54,556 nt of DNA from a virus (IMGVR_UViG_3300001538_000003:1-54556), one strand, 5' to 3'. Counted from the stretch's first letter, positions 10,206-19,866 are shown. Notes: generated from the sequence alone by a model not told the origin. Numbers and translations are program-made.

Positions 10206-10739
10206 ATGCCAATTCTTCATGTTAAGACCGGCGTCATCGCCGCCGTCGCGACAGTCACCGCCGCTGCTGTCGCGATACAGAGCATCCCTGTGCCCGAAAC
10301 ATTCTGGCCTGTCACGATTGCGGGCTGGATTGCGCTCGCGCTCTCAGCCGTCGCGGCAGCTGGCGTCATATATCATTTTATTAAGAATCCTGCGGACAGA
10401 GTGAGCGTGGCGTTGGTGGCGTCACAGGCAGCGATTGAGAAGCGGTTTACGGAACGACTCGACGAAGTTGATGCGGAGATGGAGAACGATAGGCGCGATG
10501 CTGCCCAGCGCATCAGCGAGAATCGCATACAACTCACGCAATGGGACACGCGAACGCGCGACATCGAACGCCTCGCAGATCGTGCGGCATCGGATACAAA
10601 GTATCTGACGATGGCTGTCGATAAGCTGGCGCTCGAGTTAGCGAAATGGCACTCCGAAGGAAGCACGTATAACAATCGCATTCTGGACGCACTCGTGAAG
10701 ATCGCGGGAACCAACCGAGACTACTTCCCACCGAAGTAG
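10206..10739 (+). CDS. Membrane protein (2 TM plus coiled coil), lysis region
   Basis: AGGAGG upstream; two hydrophobic helices followed by a charged helical tail. Confidence 0.6.
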   Translation: MPILHVKTGVIAAVATVTAAAVAIQSIPVPETFWPVTIAGWIALALSAVAAAGVIYHFIKNPADRVSVALVASQAAIEKRFTERLDEVDAEMENDRRDAAQRISENRIQLTQWDTRTRDIERLADRAASDTKYLTMAVDKLALELAKWHSEGSTYNNRILDALVKIAGTNRDYFPPK

Positions 10740-10750
10740 AGGGATTCGCT

Positions 10751-10909
10751 ATGACATGCCGAAAGAAGGACGACACAGAGTATCCGCACTTCATCGACGC
10801 GGACGGTTTCTACGAGGTCTATAAAGACAGCTACGGGTGTATTCGCATTCGGCTTCATTGGGACAAATTGCCGCCGATGGCTCACTCTGACAGTGGAGAT
10901 ATATCATGA
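10751..10909 (+). CDS. Small hypothetical protein (52 aa)
   Basis: GAGGG RBS; MTCRKKDDTEYPHF...; stop overlaps the next ATG (not in the ORF track). Confidence 0.45.
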   Translation: MTCRKKDDTEYPHFIDADGFYEVYKDSYGCIRIRLHWDKLPPMAHSDSGDIS

Positions 10910-11148
10910 CGATTCTTTCGCCAATTTCCTGGGCACGCCAGAACGTCGCGGTACTTGTCGGCGCGATCGTGTTCGGCGTTGTCCAGTTCGTCCTCACCCT
11001 CGTCAAACTCAACTATCTGCTTGGCCTGAGCGGCGCGCTCGCGTTCGCGCTGGCTCTATGGGCGATTGCCGCATTCCACGCGATAACGGGGAGCACGCAG
11101 CCGCCAGCGCCGCAGCCCGCGCCGCCCGTCACGGCTAGCAACCGCTAG
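10906..11148 (+). CDS. Small 2-TM membrane protein (holin/antiholin candidate)
   Basis: GGAG RBS; two hydrophobic segments. Confidence 0.55.
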   Translation: MTILSPISWARQNVAVLVGAIVFGVVQFVLTLVKLNYLLGLSGALAFALALWAIAAFHAITGSTQPPAPQPAPPVTASNR

Positions 11149-11157
11149 GCGCGCGCG

Positions 11158-11766
11158 ATGCCTGCGGCGATTCAGCACAGTCCAGAGTTCATCGCGGAAG
11201 CCATAGAACGGTACGAGCGCGGCGAGACTGAGCGCGACATAGCGGCGGCGATGGTCTCTAATCGCCTTCGCATTCGTCGCGTACTGCAACTCCACGGCGT
11301 GACGCCTCGGCTACGATCCGTGAGGCCGATGGTGCCGCGTTTCTGGAAGAACGTACATAAGTACGGTGCGGATGAGTGCTGGCTGTGGATGGGGTTCATC
11401 GATGGACAAGGATATGGACGGCTCGTCGTCGCCGGTAAAGCCATTTTCGCACATCGCATCGCGTTCTATCTGGCGAATGGCTCTTGGCCGAAGACCGCGA
11501 GGCATACTTGCGATCATTCGTGGTGCGTGAACGCAGCGCACGTCGTGAACGGGACGCAACTCGACAACATTCGCGACCGCAACGATCGCGGACGCACCGC
11601 TCGCGGCGAGCGATGCGGCAGTGCGAAGCTCACCGAAGATGAGGTTCGACAGATACGCGCGCTCCGTGGGACGATGCCTTACGTCGAGATCGCGCGCGTG
11701 TTCGGCGTCGGCAAGACGCTCATTGGGGCTATCATGCTCGGCCAGAAGTGGGGGTGGCTGAAATGA
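11158..11766 (+). CDS. HNH homing endonuclease
   Basis: ECWLWMG...GYG...AHRIAF...RHTCDHSWCVNAAH...DN; C-terminal HTH (KLTEDEVRQIR). Confidence 0.9.
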   Translation: MPAAIQHSPEFIAEAIERYERGETERDIAAAMVSNRLRIRRVLQLHGVTPRLRSVRPMVPRFWKNVHKYGADECWLWMGFIDGQGYGRLVVAGKAIFAHRIAFYLANGSWPKTARHTCDHSWCVNAAHVVNGTQLDNIRDRNDRGRTARGERCGSAKLTEDEVRQIRALRGTMPYVEIARVFGVGKTLIGAIMLGQKWGWLK

Positions 11767-12299
11767 TCCAAACCACCGTCGATACCGCGCGGAAGATCAT
11801 CGCGACTGCCGCGGCGACGGAAGCGCATCATAACTATTTCGAGTGGGGGCTGATCGCGGTCGTCATCCTCTTGCTCGTGTCGAACGTGCTGATCCTCTCA
11901 CATCGTGGCTGGGATTGGCTCAGTACGATTCCGACGACCAATCTGCGACTCGTGAACGGCATCGCACTTTTCAGCGGCTTTAACATTTCGATGATGCTTG
12001 TCGGCTATGCGACGCATACCTACCCGCCAGTCGATTTCGTGTTGGCGGTCGAGAGCGCAATCCTCATCATGTGCGGGCTCGACGTCACGCAGTACGGCAT
12101 CAAGCGGAAGACGACGGACGCGGATATTCCAAGCATCCAGAATGTCGCGGGCGGTATCACGCCGGGGCCAGCAACGTCGCCCCCTGCCCCGCCACCGGCC
12201 CCGATTGTGCCGGCCAACGTGCCCGTCGTCCCCGCGCTCCCAGGCGGTTCGGCGGCGGTGCGCGACGATTCCGCTGTGCCTGATCCGGGGATCATGTAG
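11763..12299 (+). CDS. Holin-like 3-TM membrane protein
   Basis: Three hydrophobic helices; immediately upstream of the endolysin. Confidence 0.55.
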   Translation: MIQTTVDTARKIIATAAATEAHHNYFEWGLIAVVILLLVSNVLILSHRGWDWLSTIPTTNLRLVNGIALFSGFNISMMLVGYATHTYPPVDFVLAVESAILIMCGLDVTQYGIKRKTTDADIPSIQNVAGGITPGPATSPPAPPPAPIVPANVPVVPALPGGSAAVRDDSAVPDPGIM

Positions 12300-12772
12300 T
12301 GGCGACGCGCGTGGCCCTACCCCCGCCCGTCGAGCGCGATACTCAATGCCTCGCCCCCAAGATGAGCATTGCCGCGCAAGCCGCCGTGATCGAATGCAAC
12401 GGGCAAGGCTGGGATGCTATCCTCTACGAGACGTGCCGCTCGGCGGAGCTGCAGCAATACTACTTCGACCACGGCGCGTCGAAGGCGCAGACGATCGAGC
12501 ACTCGTGGCACGGCTACGGGCTGGCGGTCGATGTCGTCTCGCGTCAACACGGTTGGGATTTGTGGGGGCGGTCTATCCCAACGGCGTGGGAGACGAATGT
12601 CACGCGGATCTTCCTCTCCCACGGGCTCAAGTGGGGCGGCGACTGGCCGACTTTTCATGACTATCCCCACTACCAGTGGGGGCCATGCAAGCGATCGCCG
12701 TCCGACATAGCGGTGACGCTGCTCCGTACCAGCGGGCGTGCCGCCGTATGGCGTGCCGTCGGCGCAGACTAG
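12299..12772 (+). CDS. Endolysin, peptidase M15 (L-Ala-D-Glu endopeptidase-like)
   Basis: ETCRS...Q, SWHGYGLAVD, WGGDW...DYPHYQ motifs. Confidence 0.9.
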   Translation: MATRVALPPPVERDTQCLAPKMSIAAQAAVIECNGQGWDAILYETCRSAELQQYYFDHGASKAQTIEHSWHGYGLAVDVVSRQHGWDLWGRSIPTAWETNVTRIFLSHGLKWGGDWPTFHDYPHYQWGPCKRSPSDIAVTLLRTSGRAAVWRAVGAD

Positions 12773-12780
12773 GGGGCTCT

Positions 12781-12939
12781 ATGAAATACATCGGATTTAT
12801 CGTCGGCTTCGCGCTCATCCTCGGCGGCAGCTACGGCGCGGCGAAAGGCGATTGGGGCGGTGCGCCGTTCGTCATCCTGGGCGTCGCACTCGTGGGCTAT
12901 CTGCTCTGGACGCGGAATCATCGCACGGAGGGAGAGTAG
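12781..12939 (+). CDS. Small 2-TM membrane protein
   Basis: MKYIGFIVGFALIL...; RBS-like AGGGGG. Confidence 0.55.
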   Translation: MKYIGFIVGFALILGGSYGAAKGDWGGAPFVILGVALVGYLLWTRNHRTEGE

Positions 12940-13025
12940 CATCTTCGCTTGCGGATTTATCAGCTTCGCTATACACTAGACAATGGAATGAAATGGACAT
13001 CCTCACCTTTGTCGGGAGAACCCCC

Positions 13026-13157
13026 GTGGGCCAACTACCTCCAGCACTCAAAAAGTATCTCTTCACGAAAGGCGCGAAGAAGACGGCGGCACGGAAGGCA
13101 GGCGCGACGAAGGCCGTCGTGAAGAAGATCCCGCTGAAGGGTAAGGGGAAGAAGTAG
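13026..13157 (+). CDS. Small Lys-rich basic protein
   Basis: GGAG upstream of GTG; GQLPPALKKYLFTKGAKKTAARK...KGKGKK. Confidence 0.55.
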   Translation: MGQLPPALKKYLFTKGAKKTAARKAGATKAVVKKIPLKGKGKK

Positions 13158-13221
13158 CACCGAGCCCGTCGATGTGTCCCACCGGCGTCTTCACTGATGT
13201 AGACCATCAACGGAAGGCACT

Positions 13222-13362
13222 ATGCCCGCTCGCTCGCTCCGCGTTACCCCGCTCACGATTGCGCTGTACTCGCTCGGCGTGATCTGCCTGCTCGTCACCG
13301 TGCTGGCGTTCGCGACGACACTCGTCCTCGTTGCCGCCGCGCTCTTTGGATGGGTTCTTTGA
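13222..13362 (+). CDS. Small hydrophobic membrane protein (46 aa)
   Basis: GGAAGG RBS; MPARSLRVTPLTIALYSLGVICLLV... Confidence 0.5.
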   Translation: MPARSLRVTPLTIALYSLGVICLLVTVLAFATTLVLVAAALFGWVL

Positions 13363-13694
13363 CGCCGCTCACATTGAGTGGCCGCGCGCTCGCACTCGTG
13401 GCGCTCGTAGTCATCGGCGCGATGGCGGGCCGCTTCCTCGACCCCGACAAAGGCGGCTATGTCGATTCATTTCGCACCACGATCACGACAAGCGACAAAC
13501 TGTACCACGCCGCGCTAGGCGCGCTCCTCATGTTCGTCCTTGCGCGCGTGATGCCGCTCGAGTGGGCCTACGGTGGCGTGCTGGTGGCGGGTGGCGGCTA
13601 TGAAATCGGGCAAGGCTATGCGAGCTGGCGGGACTTCGCCGCCGACGCTGTAGGGGCGCTGGTGGCGGGTGGCCTACTACTGGTGACGGCGTGA
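13350..13694 (+). CDS. VanZ-like membrane protein
   Basis: DKLYHA...EIGQ...SWRDFAADAVG pattern characteristic of the VanZ family. Confidence 0.65.
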   Translation: MGSLTPLTLSGRALALVALVVIGAMAGRFLDPDKGGYVDSFRTTITTSDKLYHAALGALLMFVLARVMPLEWAYGGVLVAGGGYEIGQGYASWRDFAADAVGALVAGGLLLVTA

Positions 13695-14416
13695 CGCCCT
13701 TCGTGGTCAGCGCCATCCCCCGCGCCGTGTGGGGCGCGATTGTCGCCGCGCTCGCGGTTCTGGCGTTCTTTATTTTTCTCTTCTTCCATGACCGTCGTGT
13801 GCGCGCTGAGGCGGAAGTGGTACGGACGCAAGCCGCCATCGATTCAGCCGTTCGCGTCGTGTCAGCTAGCCGCGACTCGCTGCTCAAGCACGTTCGCGAA
13901 GATTCCCTTGCGCTTGGGCGTACCGAGACCACCTTCGTCGCCTACTCGCGCACACCGAAGGTCGTGAAAGACTCTATCGCCAAGCTGACGCACGCACTTG
14001 ACTCGCTCGGTACAACGGGGGCGACAACTGTGCCCATCGGCGTGGCGGATGGCTTGCGTGGCCAACTCAACGCCTGCACGACGAAGGGCGACTCGATGAC
14101 CCTTCTCGGCGCGCAAGTGATAACCGCGTGTGAGGCGCGGGTCGCGACGTTCCGCCGCATCATGCACGCCGACTCGGCGCTACTCAAGCTGAAGGACTCG
14201 ACGATAGGCGTGCTCAAAAGCGGGCCGACGGCGAAAGCCGCGCGCTACACGCTGTTCGTCGATGGCGATGAGGCGTTCCAGTTCGGGCGTGCGCCACAGA
14301 TCCAGGGCACGGCGGGCGCGGAATTACGACTGATTGGACCGTTCTCGCTCCGCGCGGCGGTGTTCAAGCGCGATAGCGTTGGCGCACTGGTCGGTGTCCA
14401 TGTGGTGTGGAAGTGA
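13691..14416 (+). CDS. Spanin-like protein (N-terminal TM, coiled coil, C-terminal beta strands)
   Basis: Lysis-module position; one N-terminal TM; periplasmic helical region with Cys residues. Confidence 0.5.
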   Translation: MTPFVVSAIPRAVWGAIVAALAVLAFFIFLFFHDRRVRAEAEVVRTQAAIDSAVRVVSASRDSLLKHVREDSLALGRTETTFVAYSRTPKVVKDSIAKLTHALDSLGTTGATTVPIGVADGLRGQLNACTTKGDSMTLLGAQVITACEARVATFRRIMHADSALLKLKDSTIGVLKSGPTAKAARYTLFVDGDEAFQFGRAPQIQGTAGAELRLIGPFSLRAAVFKRDSVGALVGVHVVWK

Positions 14417-14736
14417 GCGCCAACAATGACGAGCGTCCCGCGCTGGTACTCCTACGCTCTGGGCGCAAGAGCGCGAACGAAGTGATGGTGGACGCGATGG
14501 CCGACTACCCCTGCGCGCCGCACCCCGACCGCTTGACGCGGGGCGTGAAGATGTTGCCACATATCCACACGCCTGGCGCGATCCTCATGTACGGCGCGTG
14601 CACACGCGACGGCGTGATGATCGAGTACGCTGAGTGCTACACGATCGGCGAACGCGAGGGCGCAATCGAACATCTCGAGGAAGTCTTGCGCCACGCGGAC
14701 CCCGAAGTCAGTCTCGCGCGTATGGAGATGGCTTAA
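14413..14736 (+). CDS. Hypothetical protein
   Basis: GTGA overlap with the previous gene. Confidence 0.55.
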   Translation: MSANNDERPALVLLRSGRKSANEVMVDAMADYPCAPHPDRLTRGVKMLPHIHTPGAILMYGACTRDGVMIEYAECYTIGEREGAIEHLEEVLRHADPEVSLARMEMA

Positions 14737-15255
14737 GCGCGTCGCTTCTTCGTTGCCTTGCGCTTCTTCGCTGGCAACGCCGCGTCGCGGACGGCGGGCG
14801 GAAACTTGGACGCTGGCACGGTCTCAACGCCGCGTAGATTCACGTCGGCGTCTCGGGGCGCTGGTCGGATGGAGTGATCCGCAGGTGCCGCGCCGTGTGC
14901 CCTGAACTCACCTGCCTCAATCGATTCCTCCAGCTGTACCAGTTCGCGGCGGATGGTGCGAATGGCCGCGTGCGCGCCCGCTTCATACGTGTCATCGTCT
15001 GAGCGCTCGCTTCGGCCAGAGATGAAGTCGAGGCTGACACCGTAGACGTGCGAGCCGCGCGATTGTATCGGCGCGCGGCTTGTAGCGGCCATGCAGAATA
15101 TTATGGAGGGTGGGTTGCGCGACTCCCGTGAAGCGCGCGGCTTCCATCACCACGCCCTCATGCCGTTGCTGAATAATCAACGCGAGGCGGCTGGGGTTGA
15201 ATGGGGGAGTTTCCGCCTTCAGTCGCGCGGAACGTTTCTGGTGTTCTCTGGACAT
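14733..15255 (-). pseudogene. CI-like XRE repressor split by a frameshift at about 15050
   Basis: HTH (EAARFTGVAQPTLHNIL...PRADTIARLA) continues in another frame as HVYGVSLDFISGR; divergent from the Cro-like gene. Confidence 0.8.
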
Positions 15256-15328
15256 CTTATCAGCTTCACTATAAGTTAGACAATAGCCGCGAGTCGGCCC
15301 AATTCACTCCTACTCAATAGTCTAAGCT

Positions 15329-15724
15329 ATGAGCAAAACCCACCAGCGCAAGACGGTACGAAACGAGACACCACGCGACGCGGCTACAGAACGCGGCAAG
15401 GTCAGTCTCACCGATGCCGCGCGGGTCAATGCAGCCGCGTTCGTGCCCTTGCCCGATCGGTTGCGGGTGATACGCGAGGCGCGTGGCTACAGCGAGAAGG
15501 ACGTTGGCGCGGCGTTGGGAATCGCGCAACCAACGTATCATCTGATAGAGTCGGGGACGACGGCGCTGTCGCTGTCGCGGCTCCTGCAGCTCGCGGCGTT
15601 CTACGGCGAGCCGCTGGCGCTGTTCACGATGGGCTACGCGGTCACGGACGAAGAGCGGCGGACGGTCGCGGCTGGCAACGCGCTCGAGGCGGGCGCTGGG
15701 TTCCCTGCCCCGACGGGCGCATAA
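15329..15724 (+). CDS. Cro-like XRE HTH regulator
   Basis: RLRVIREARGYSEKDVGAALGIAQPTYHLIESG; divergent from the repressor. Confidence 0.85.
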   Translation: MSKTHQRKTVRNETPRDAATERGKVSLTDAARVNAAAFVPLPDRLRVIREARGYSEKDVGAALGIAQPTYHLIESGTTALSLSRLLQLAAFYGEPLALFTMGYAVTDEERRTVAAGNALEAGAGFPAPTGA

Positions 15725-15742
15725 CTGGCATTTAGGCGAGCC

Positions 15743-15785
15743 TATCAGGTTCCCTATTGACAGGTATAGTGTACGCTATTAACTT
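15743..15785 (+). promoter_or_regulatory. Sigma70-type promoter overlapped by two operator-like 14-mers
   Basis: TTGACA (15757-62), 17 bp spacer, TAACTT; ATCAGGTTCCCTAT and ATAGTGTACGCTAT. Confidence 0.7.
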
Positions 15786-15827
15786 CCCTCCGTACGCAAT
15801 TCACACACGAAATACGGAGAATGCCAG

Positions 15828-16073
15828 ATGCCCAGATACACCGCACACGAAACCACCCGCCTGCACTTCGGCACCCACGCTTATGACGCGGTGACGTGCG
15901 CGATTGCCGCCGAGATGCTGACGGCGCGCGGCTACACCGTGGCGCGGAACGATGCGGAGTGGGGCGTCAACACCATCGAAACGAACGCCTCCTATCACAC
16001 CGCGCTCGACGTGAAAGCCCGCGCCCGCGCGCAGCACCGCAGAGAACTACTCGCCAGCGAGGTCACACGATGA
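15828..16073 (+). CDS. Hypothetical protein
   Basis: GGAG RBS; first gene after the promoter. Confidence 0.6.
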   Translation: MPRYTAHETTRLHFGTHAYDAVTCAIAAEMLTARGYTVARNDAEWGVNTIETNASYHTALDVKARARAQHRRELLASEVTR

Positions 16074-16933
16074 CCGCCGTCGCGATTCACACGGGCGAGC
16101 CGACGGCCATCGTCGGCCCCGAACAGGTCGCGCTCTTGAAACGCACGATCGCGAAAGGCGCGACCGATGACGAACTCTCCTTATTCGTCAACATCGCGAA
16201 CCGGCTCCGACTCGACCCCTTCGCGCGTCAAATCTTCGCCGTCAAGCGGTGGGACTCGAGGGAGCGCCGCGAAGTGATGTCGGTGCAAGTCTCGATCGAC
16301 GGCTTCCGTCTCGTGGCGCAGCGATCGGGCGACTACGCGGGCCAGGAAGGCCCCTACTGGTGCGGTGGTGACGGGGTATGGAAGGAAGTGTGGCTCGACG
16401 CCGAACCGCCGCGCGCTGCGAAGGTGGGCGTGCTCCGGCACGGGTTCAAGTCGCCGCTCTGGGGTGTCGCGCGCTGGGACTCCTACGCGCAGATGGTGGA
16501 CGAGAAGGACGATCGCGGCACCAAGACGGGTAAGCGTGCGCCGAACCGGATGTGGTCGCAGATGCCGGACGTGATGCTGGCGAAGGTGGCCGAGTCGCTG
16601 GCGCTCCGTAAAGCGTTCCCGCAAGAGCTGAGTGGCGTCTACACGAGCGAGGAGATGGCGCAAGCGGAGGTTGTGCCCGACACGTTCGCACAGCCCGCAG
16701 AAGCGAAGCAGGAGGCCACGCCGTCGCAACCTGCGTCCCCGCCGAAAGAGACGGGCGAGGAGGCGACGACGGAGCAGCGCGACGCGCTGGGGGAGATGTT
16801 ACTCTCGGATGCACTCACCGAAACACAGAAGGCCGGAATCGCGCGCGAACTCAAGCGGGCGTTGACTGCTGACCGAGCGGCGAAGCTCATCGAACGCACG
16901 ACGGCAGTGATCGCCGGATTGCAGAAAGCATAA
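16070..16933 (+). CDS. bet: Phage recombination protein Bet (ssDNA annealing)
   Basis: ATDDELSLF...LDPFARQI...IDGFR...W..MP..ML.KVAES.ALRKAFP..LSGVY..EEM. Confidence 0.9.
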   Translation: MTAVAIHTGEPTAIVGPEQVALLKRTIAKGATDDELSLFVNIANRLRLDPFARQIFAVKRWDSRERREVMSVQVSIDGFRLVAQRSGDYAGQEGPYWCGGDGVWKEVWLDAEPPRAAKVGVLRHGFKSPLWGVARWDSYAQMVDEKDDRGTKTGKRAPNRMWSQMPDVMLAKVAESLALRKAFPQELSGVYTSEEMAQAEVVPDTFAQPAEAKQEATPSQPASPPKETGEEATTEQRDALGEMLLSDALTETQKAGIARELKRALTADRAAKLIERTTAVIAGLQKA

Positions 16934-16940
16934 GGGAGAG

Positions 16941-16980
16941 AGAAACGGGACGGGCTACCACGCGCCGTCCTGTTTCTTTG
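16941..16980 (+). terminator. Rho-independent terminator-like hairpin
   Basis: AGAAACGGGACGG / CCGTCCTGTTTCT stem with a T-rich tail after the bet stop. Confidence 0.6.
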
Positions 16981-17062
16981 CTTATCAATTTCGCTATTGC
17001 ATCTACCGCGTTCCGTGTGTATTCATGCGCGTCGCCAGGAATGGCCGTCAGTGAGGGGTGCG

Positions 17063-17455
17063 ATGGGGCGTAACGATTCATCCGCTGAAGGCCCGTGTGC
17101 GCGCAACACCGCACCGCTCGACTTCGGCCTCTTCGCGCCGCAAGCACCCCGCGCAGATATGGTGCGCCATCCAGACCGCGCAACATCGCGCGATGCGGCT
17201 CTCACTCTTGAGCCGAAGCTATCCGCGCTGCAGGACATGATCCTCGCGGCGCTGCGGCATAATGGGCCGCTAAGTGACGAGGAATTGGAGTTGCTCCCCG
17301 AATTCCGCGAGAGATTCTCACCCTCAACCGTGCGGAAACGCCGCGTTGAACTCTCGAAAATGGATCCGCCGAAAGTCGTCTCGACAGGACATCGACGCTG
17401 GAACGAGAAGGGTTCATCGACGATGACCGTCTGGCAAGCGCGAGGGGCTCTCTAG
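17063..17455 (+). CDS. Winged-helix DNA-binding protein
   Basis: TSRDAA...ILAALRHNGPLSDEEL...STVRKRRVEL; start codon uncertain. Confidence 0.6.
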   Translation: MGRNDSSAEGPCARNTAPLDFGLFAPQAPRADMVRHPDRATSRDAALTLEPKLSALQDMILAALRHNGPLSDEELELLPEFRERFSPSTVRKRRVELSKMDPPKVVSTGHRRWNEKGSSTMTVWQARGAL

Positions 17456-18439
17456 GTGCCGCGCATCCGGACTATCAAACTCGAAATGTTCCAGGACGAG
17501 AAGCTGGCTCCGCTCGATCCGATTCATCGCATGGTGTTCACCGGCCTTATCGCAATGGCCGATGACGCTGGCCGACTCCTCGATAACGTCAAGCTGATTG
17601 ACGGGCTGCTCTTCCCCGAGACCGACCACAGCGCGCGGGAGTCGCTGGCGATCCTATCGAAAGCGCAGAGACTTTTGCGCTATACCGCCAGCAACGGCCA
17701 ACGCATCATCCAGATCGTGAATTGGGCCAAACACCAATTCATCGCGCACCCGTCGAAGCGCGTCCTACCGGCCCCGCCGGACATCGCTCCATCTCAACCC
17801 GTTGTCATTGTGGAGGTTACGCAATCTAACGGCGGCTCTCCTGAGACTCTGTTCATTCCTCATGAAGTCCTCCTGAAGGATTCAGGAGGGCAGGCGGAGA
17901 CCTTCATCCACGATTTAGGAAGTGGATGTAGGAAAGAGGATATAGGAAAGGGAGAGGAAACTACAAAAGCACTGAGGCGCAAAGCACTGAGGCGCGCTTC
18001 GCGCGCTGTTGGGGGACGCGGAGACGCGCTCTCTGTTCGCAATCGCATCAGCGTCTACCTAGAGACCGAACGGGAGAAGGAACTCGGTAAGACCGGAATG
18101 CGGGATCTGCAAATCGATGTCTGTTTCGCTTATTGGGCGGCGAAGCACGGCCATGACCGTGCGATCCTTGACACGAAGCGCGTCGCACTTATTCGCCGCC
18201 GACTTGAGGAAAATCGCGGCGACTTGAGCGAGCTGCTCTTCGCGATCGACGGCGCGCTCCGCGACAAACATCTCACCGAAAATGGCTACGACATGATCCA
18301 GACCATTCTCCGCGATCGCGGGCAGGTGGAGCGTCTCGCTGCGCTCTGCCCGAAATATCAACGCCGCGAGATGCACGCGATGGCTGCAAAAGTGCTTGGC
18401 GAGCCAACGCCGCAGCCCGTTCTACAGGAGGTTATGTGA
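17456..18439 (+). CDS. Replication initiator / replisome organiser
   Basis: MPRIRTIK.E.F.DEKL...GLIAMADDAGR...NWAKHQ N-terminus typical of phage Rep proteins. Confidence 0.75.
   Translation: MPRIRTIKLEMFQDEKLAPLDPIHRMVFTGLIAMADDAGRLLDNVKLIDGLLFPETDHSARESLAILSKAQRLLRYTASNGQRIIQIVNWAKHQFIAHPSKRVLPAPPDIAPSQPVVIVEVTQSNGGSPETLFIPHEVLLKDSGGQAETFIHDLGSGCRKEDIGKGEETTKALRRKALRRASRAVGGRGDALSVRNRISVYLETEREKELGKTGMRDLQIDVCFAYWAAKHGHDRAILDTKRVALIRRRLEENRGDLSELLFAIDGALRDKHLTENGYDMIQTILRDRGQVERLAALCPKYQRREMHAMAAKVLGEPTPQPVLQEVM
17869..17995. repeat. Putative replication origin inside the rep gene
   Basis: Inverted repeat CCTCCTGAA/TTCAGGAGG, a purine-rich tract, and a perfect 15-bp tandem AAAGCACTGAGGCGC x2 (17966-17995). 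Confidence 0.55.
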
Positions 18440-18735
18440 TGGGCACGTTCACCCCCATGCGCTCCGCTGCGGGCAATCAGTTCATGCAATGGCGCGCGAC
18501 GTACAAGGGCGAGACGGCTCCGCCGTTTGGCCCCAGCCACCCGACGAATCCCGTCTGTGTCTTCTGCGGCGCGGAATATCGCGATCACGTCGTGACGGTT
18601 GAGGGACGCGAGTACATGCGAACGGACATCGCCCACGACTGGGATCTGCACCGGACGCACCCTGGCATCCGCGATGACGATGAGCCGGTGGTCGTCGAGC
18701 GCCCACGTCGCGCATGGAGCGACGACGATGACTAG
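18436..18735 (+). CDS. Hypothetical protein (CxxC)
   Basis: AGGAGG RBS; overlaps the upstream stop. Confidence 0.55.
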   Translation: MMGTFTPMRSAAGNQFMQWRATYKGETAPPFGPSHPTNPVCVFCGAEYRDHVVTVEGREYMRTDIAHDWDLHRTHPGIRDDDEPVVVERPRRAWSDDDD

Positions 18736-19345
18736 AGCCAGTCGCCGCGGCATACACCCGATCCAGACACGCTACAACGGCTACCACTTTCGCTCGCGGC
18801 TCGAGGCGCGATGGGCTGTGTACTTCGATACGATCGGGCTTAAGTATGACTACGAACCGGAAGGTTTTCATCTCGACGGCTTGAACTATCTCCCCGACTT
18901 CTGGTTTCCAGAGAAAGAATCGTTCGGAGAGGTAAAGCCAGTTCCCTTCACGGAAGCGGAGACGGAAAAGGCACGTCGGTTGGTCACGACGACACAAAAG
19001 TCTCTAGTCCGTCTCATCGGTACGCCCGCCGTTCAGAGTTATCCATGGAATCGGGCGTCGAATTTTATCGAAGTGAGTCGATATCTGGATTTTGTTGTTC
19101 ATTGTCTGCCAGTCTACTTCACACATGTGCCAGACTATTCCGAGATTGAAGCACTCGCCGCCGATCTCTCGTTGAACTCGGTCTGGACGACCGACGAAAG
19201 CGTCTTCGTTTCAAGCGCGAGTGATCCGGAATTCGATTTCTTGCCGTGGCCGAGCGACTTCGGCTCATCGCATGTGCGGGATCTCCCACCGCCAGATGTC
19301 TTTGCTGGTGTCGAAGCCGCTCGGTCCGCGAGGTTCGGCACGTGA
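18728..19345 (+). CDS. PD-(D/E)XK-like nuclease family protein
   Basis: FRSRLEARWAVYFD...YEPEGF...YLPDF...EVK. Confidence 0.7.
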   Translation: MTRASRRGIHPIQTRYNGYHFRSRLEARWAVYFDTIGLKYDYEPEGFHLDGLNYLPDFWFPEKESFGEVKPVPFTEAETEKARRLVTTTQKSLVRLIGTPAVQSYPWNRASNFIEVSRYLDFVVHCLPVYFTHVPDYSEIEALAADLSLNSVWTTDESVFVSSASDPEFDFLPWPSDFGSSHVRDLPPPDVFAGVEAARSARFGT

Positions 19346-19866
19346 GCCCCCGCCCTGCCCGCATGACACGCCGCCAGCTCGCTGCGCTCGGCGTCACCCG
19401 CGTCGTGCCGCACCGCCCGTCGTTCGTCGGGCCGAAGTCGCTGCTCGCGAAGGCGACGAAAGCCAAGCGCGCGCGGAAGCACACCGAGCATGACGAACAG
19501 GCGGCGCTTTTCGCGTGGGTCGATGCGGACGGTATCGCGCTCTTCGACGAGCTGCGCGATCTCTACGCGGTGCCGAACGAAACTGGCTGGCTCAATCCGG
19601 CGCAGCGCGCGAAGAGCCAGCGCGAAGGACGACGCCCCGGCGTGCTCGACTTGGCGCTTGATCACGCACGCGGGGGATTTTTCGGCTTTCGGGGCGAAAT
19701 GAAATCCAAGACGGGCCGCATCTCGACTTGGCAGCGGGGGCGCATGAAGCGGCTGCTCGCGGCGGGCTACTACGTCGCGTTGGCGCGGAGCTGCGACGAG
19801 ATGCGCGACTATCTGCTCGGCTATCTCGCGTGGCCGCGCACAATCGCACACGCATGGACGGTCTGA
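19342..19866 (+). CDS. VRR-NUC domain nuclease (resolvase-like)
   Basis: EHDEQ...AVPN...EG..PGVLDL...EMK...GR.S..Q. Confidence 0.75.
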   Translation: MSPRPARMTRRQLAALGVTRVVPHRPSFVGPKSLLAKATKAKRARKHTEHDEQAALFAWVDADGIALFDELRDLYAVPNETGWLNPAQRAKSQREGRRPGVLDLALDHARGGFFGFRGEMKSKTGRISTWQRGRMKRLLAAGYYVALARSCDEMRDYLLGYLAWPRTIAHAWTV

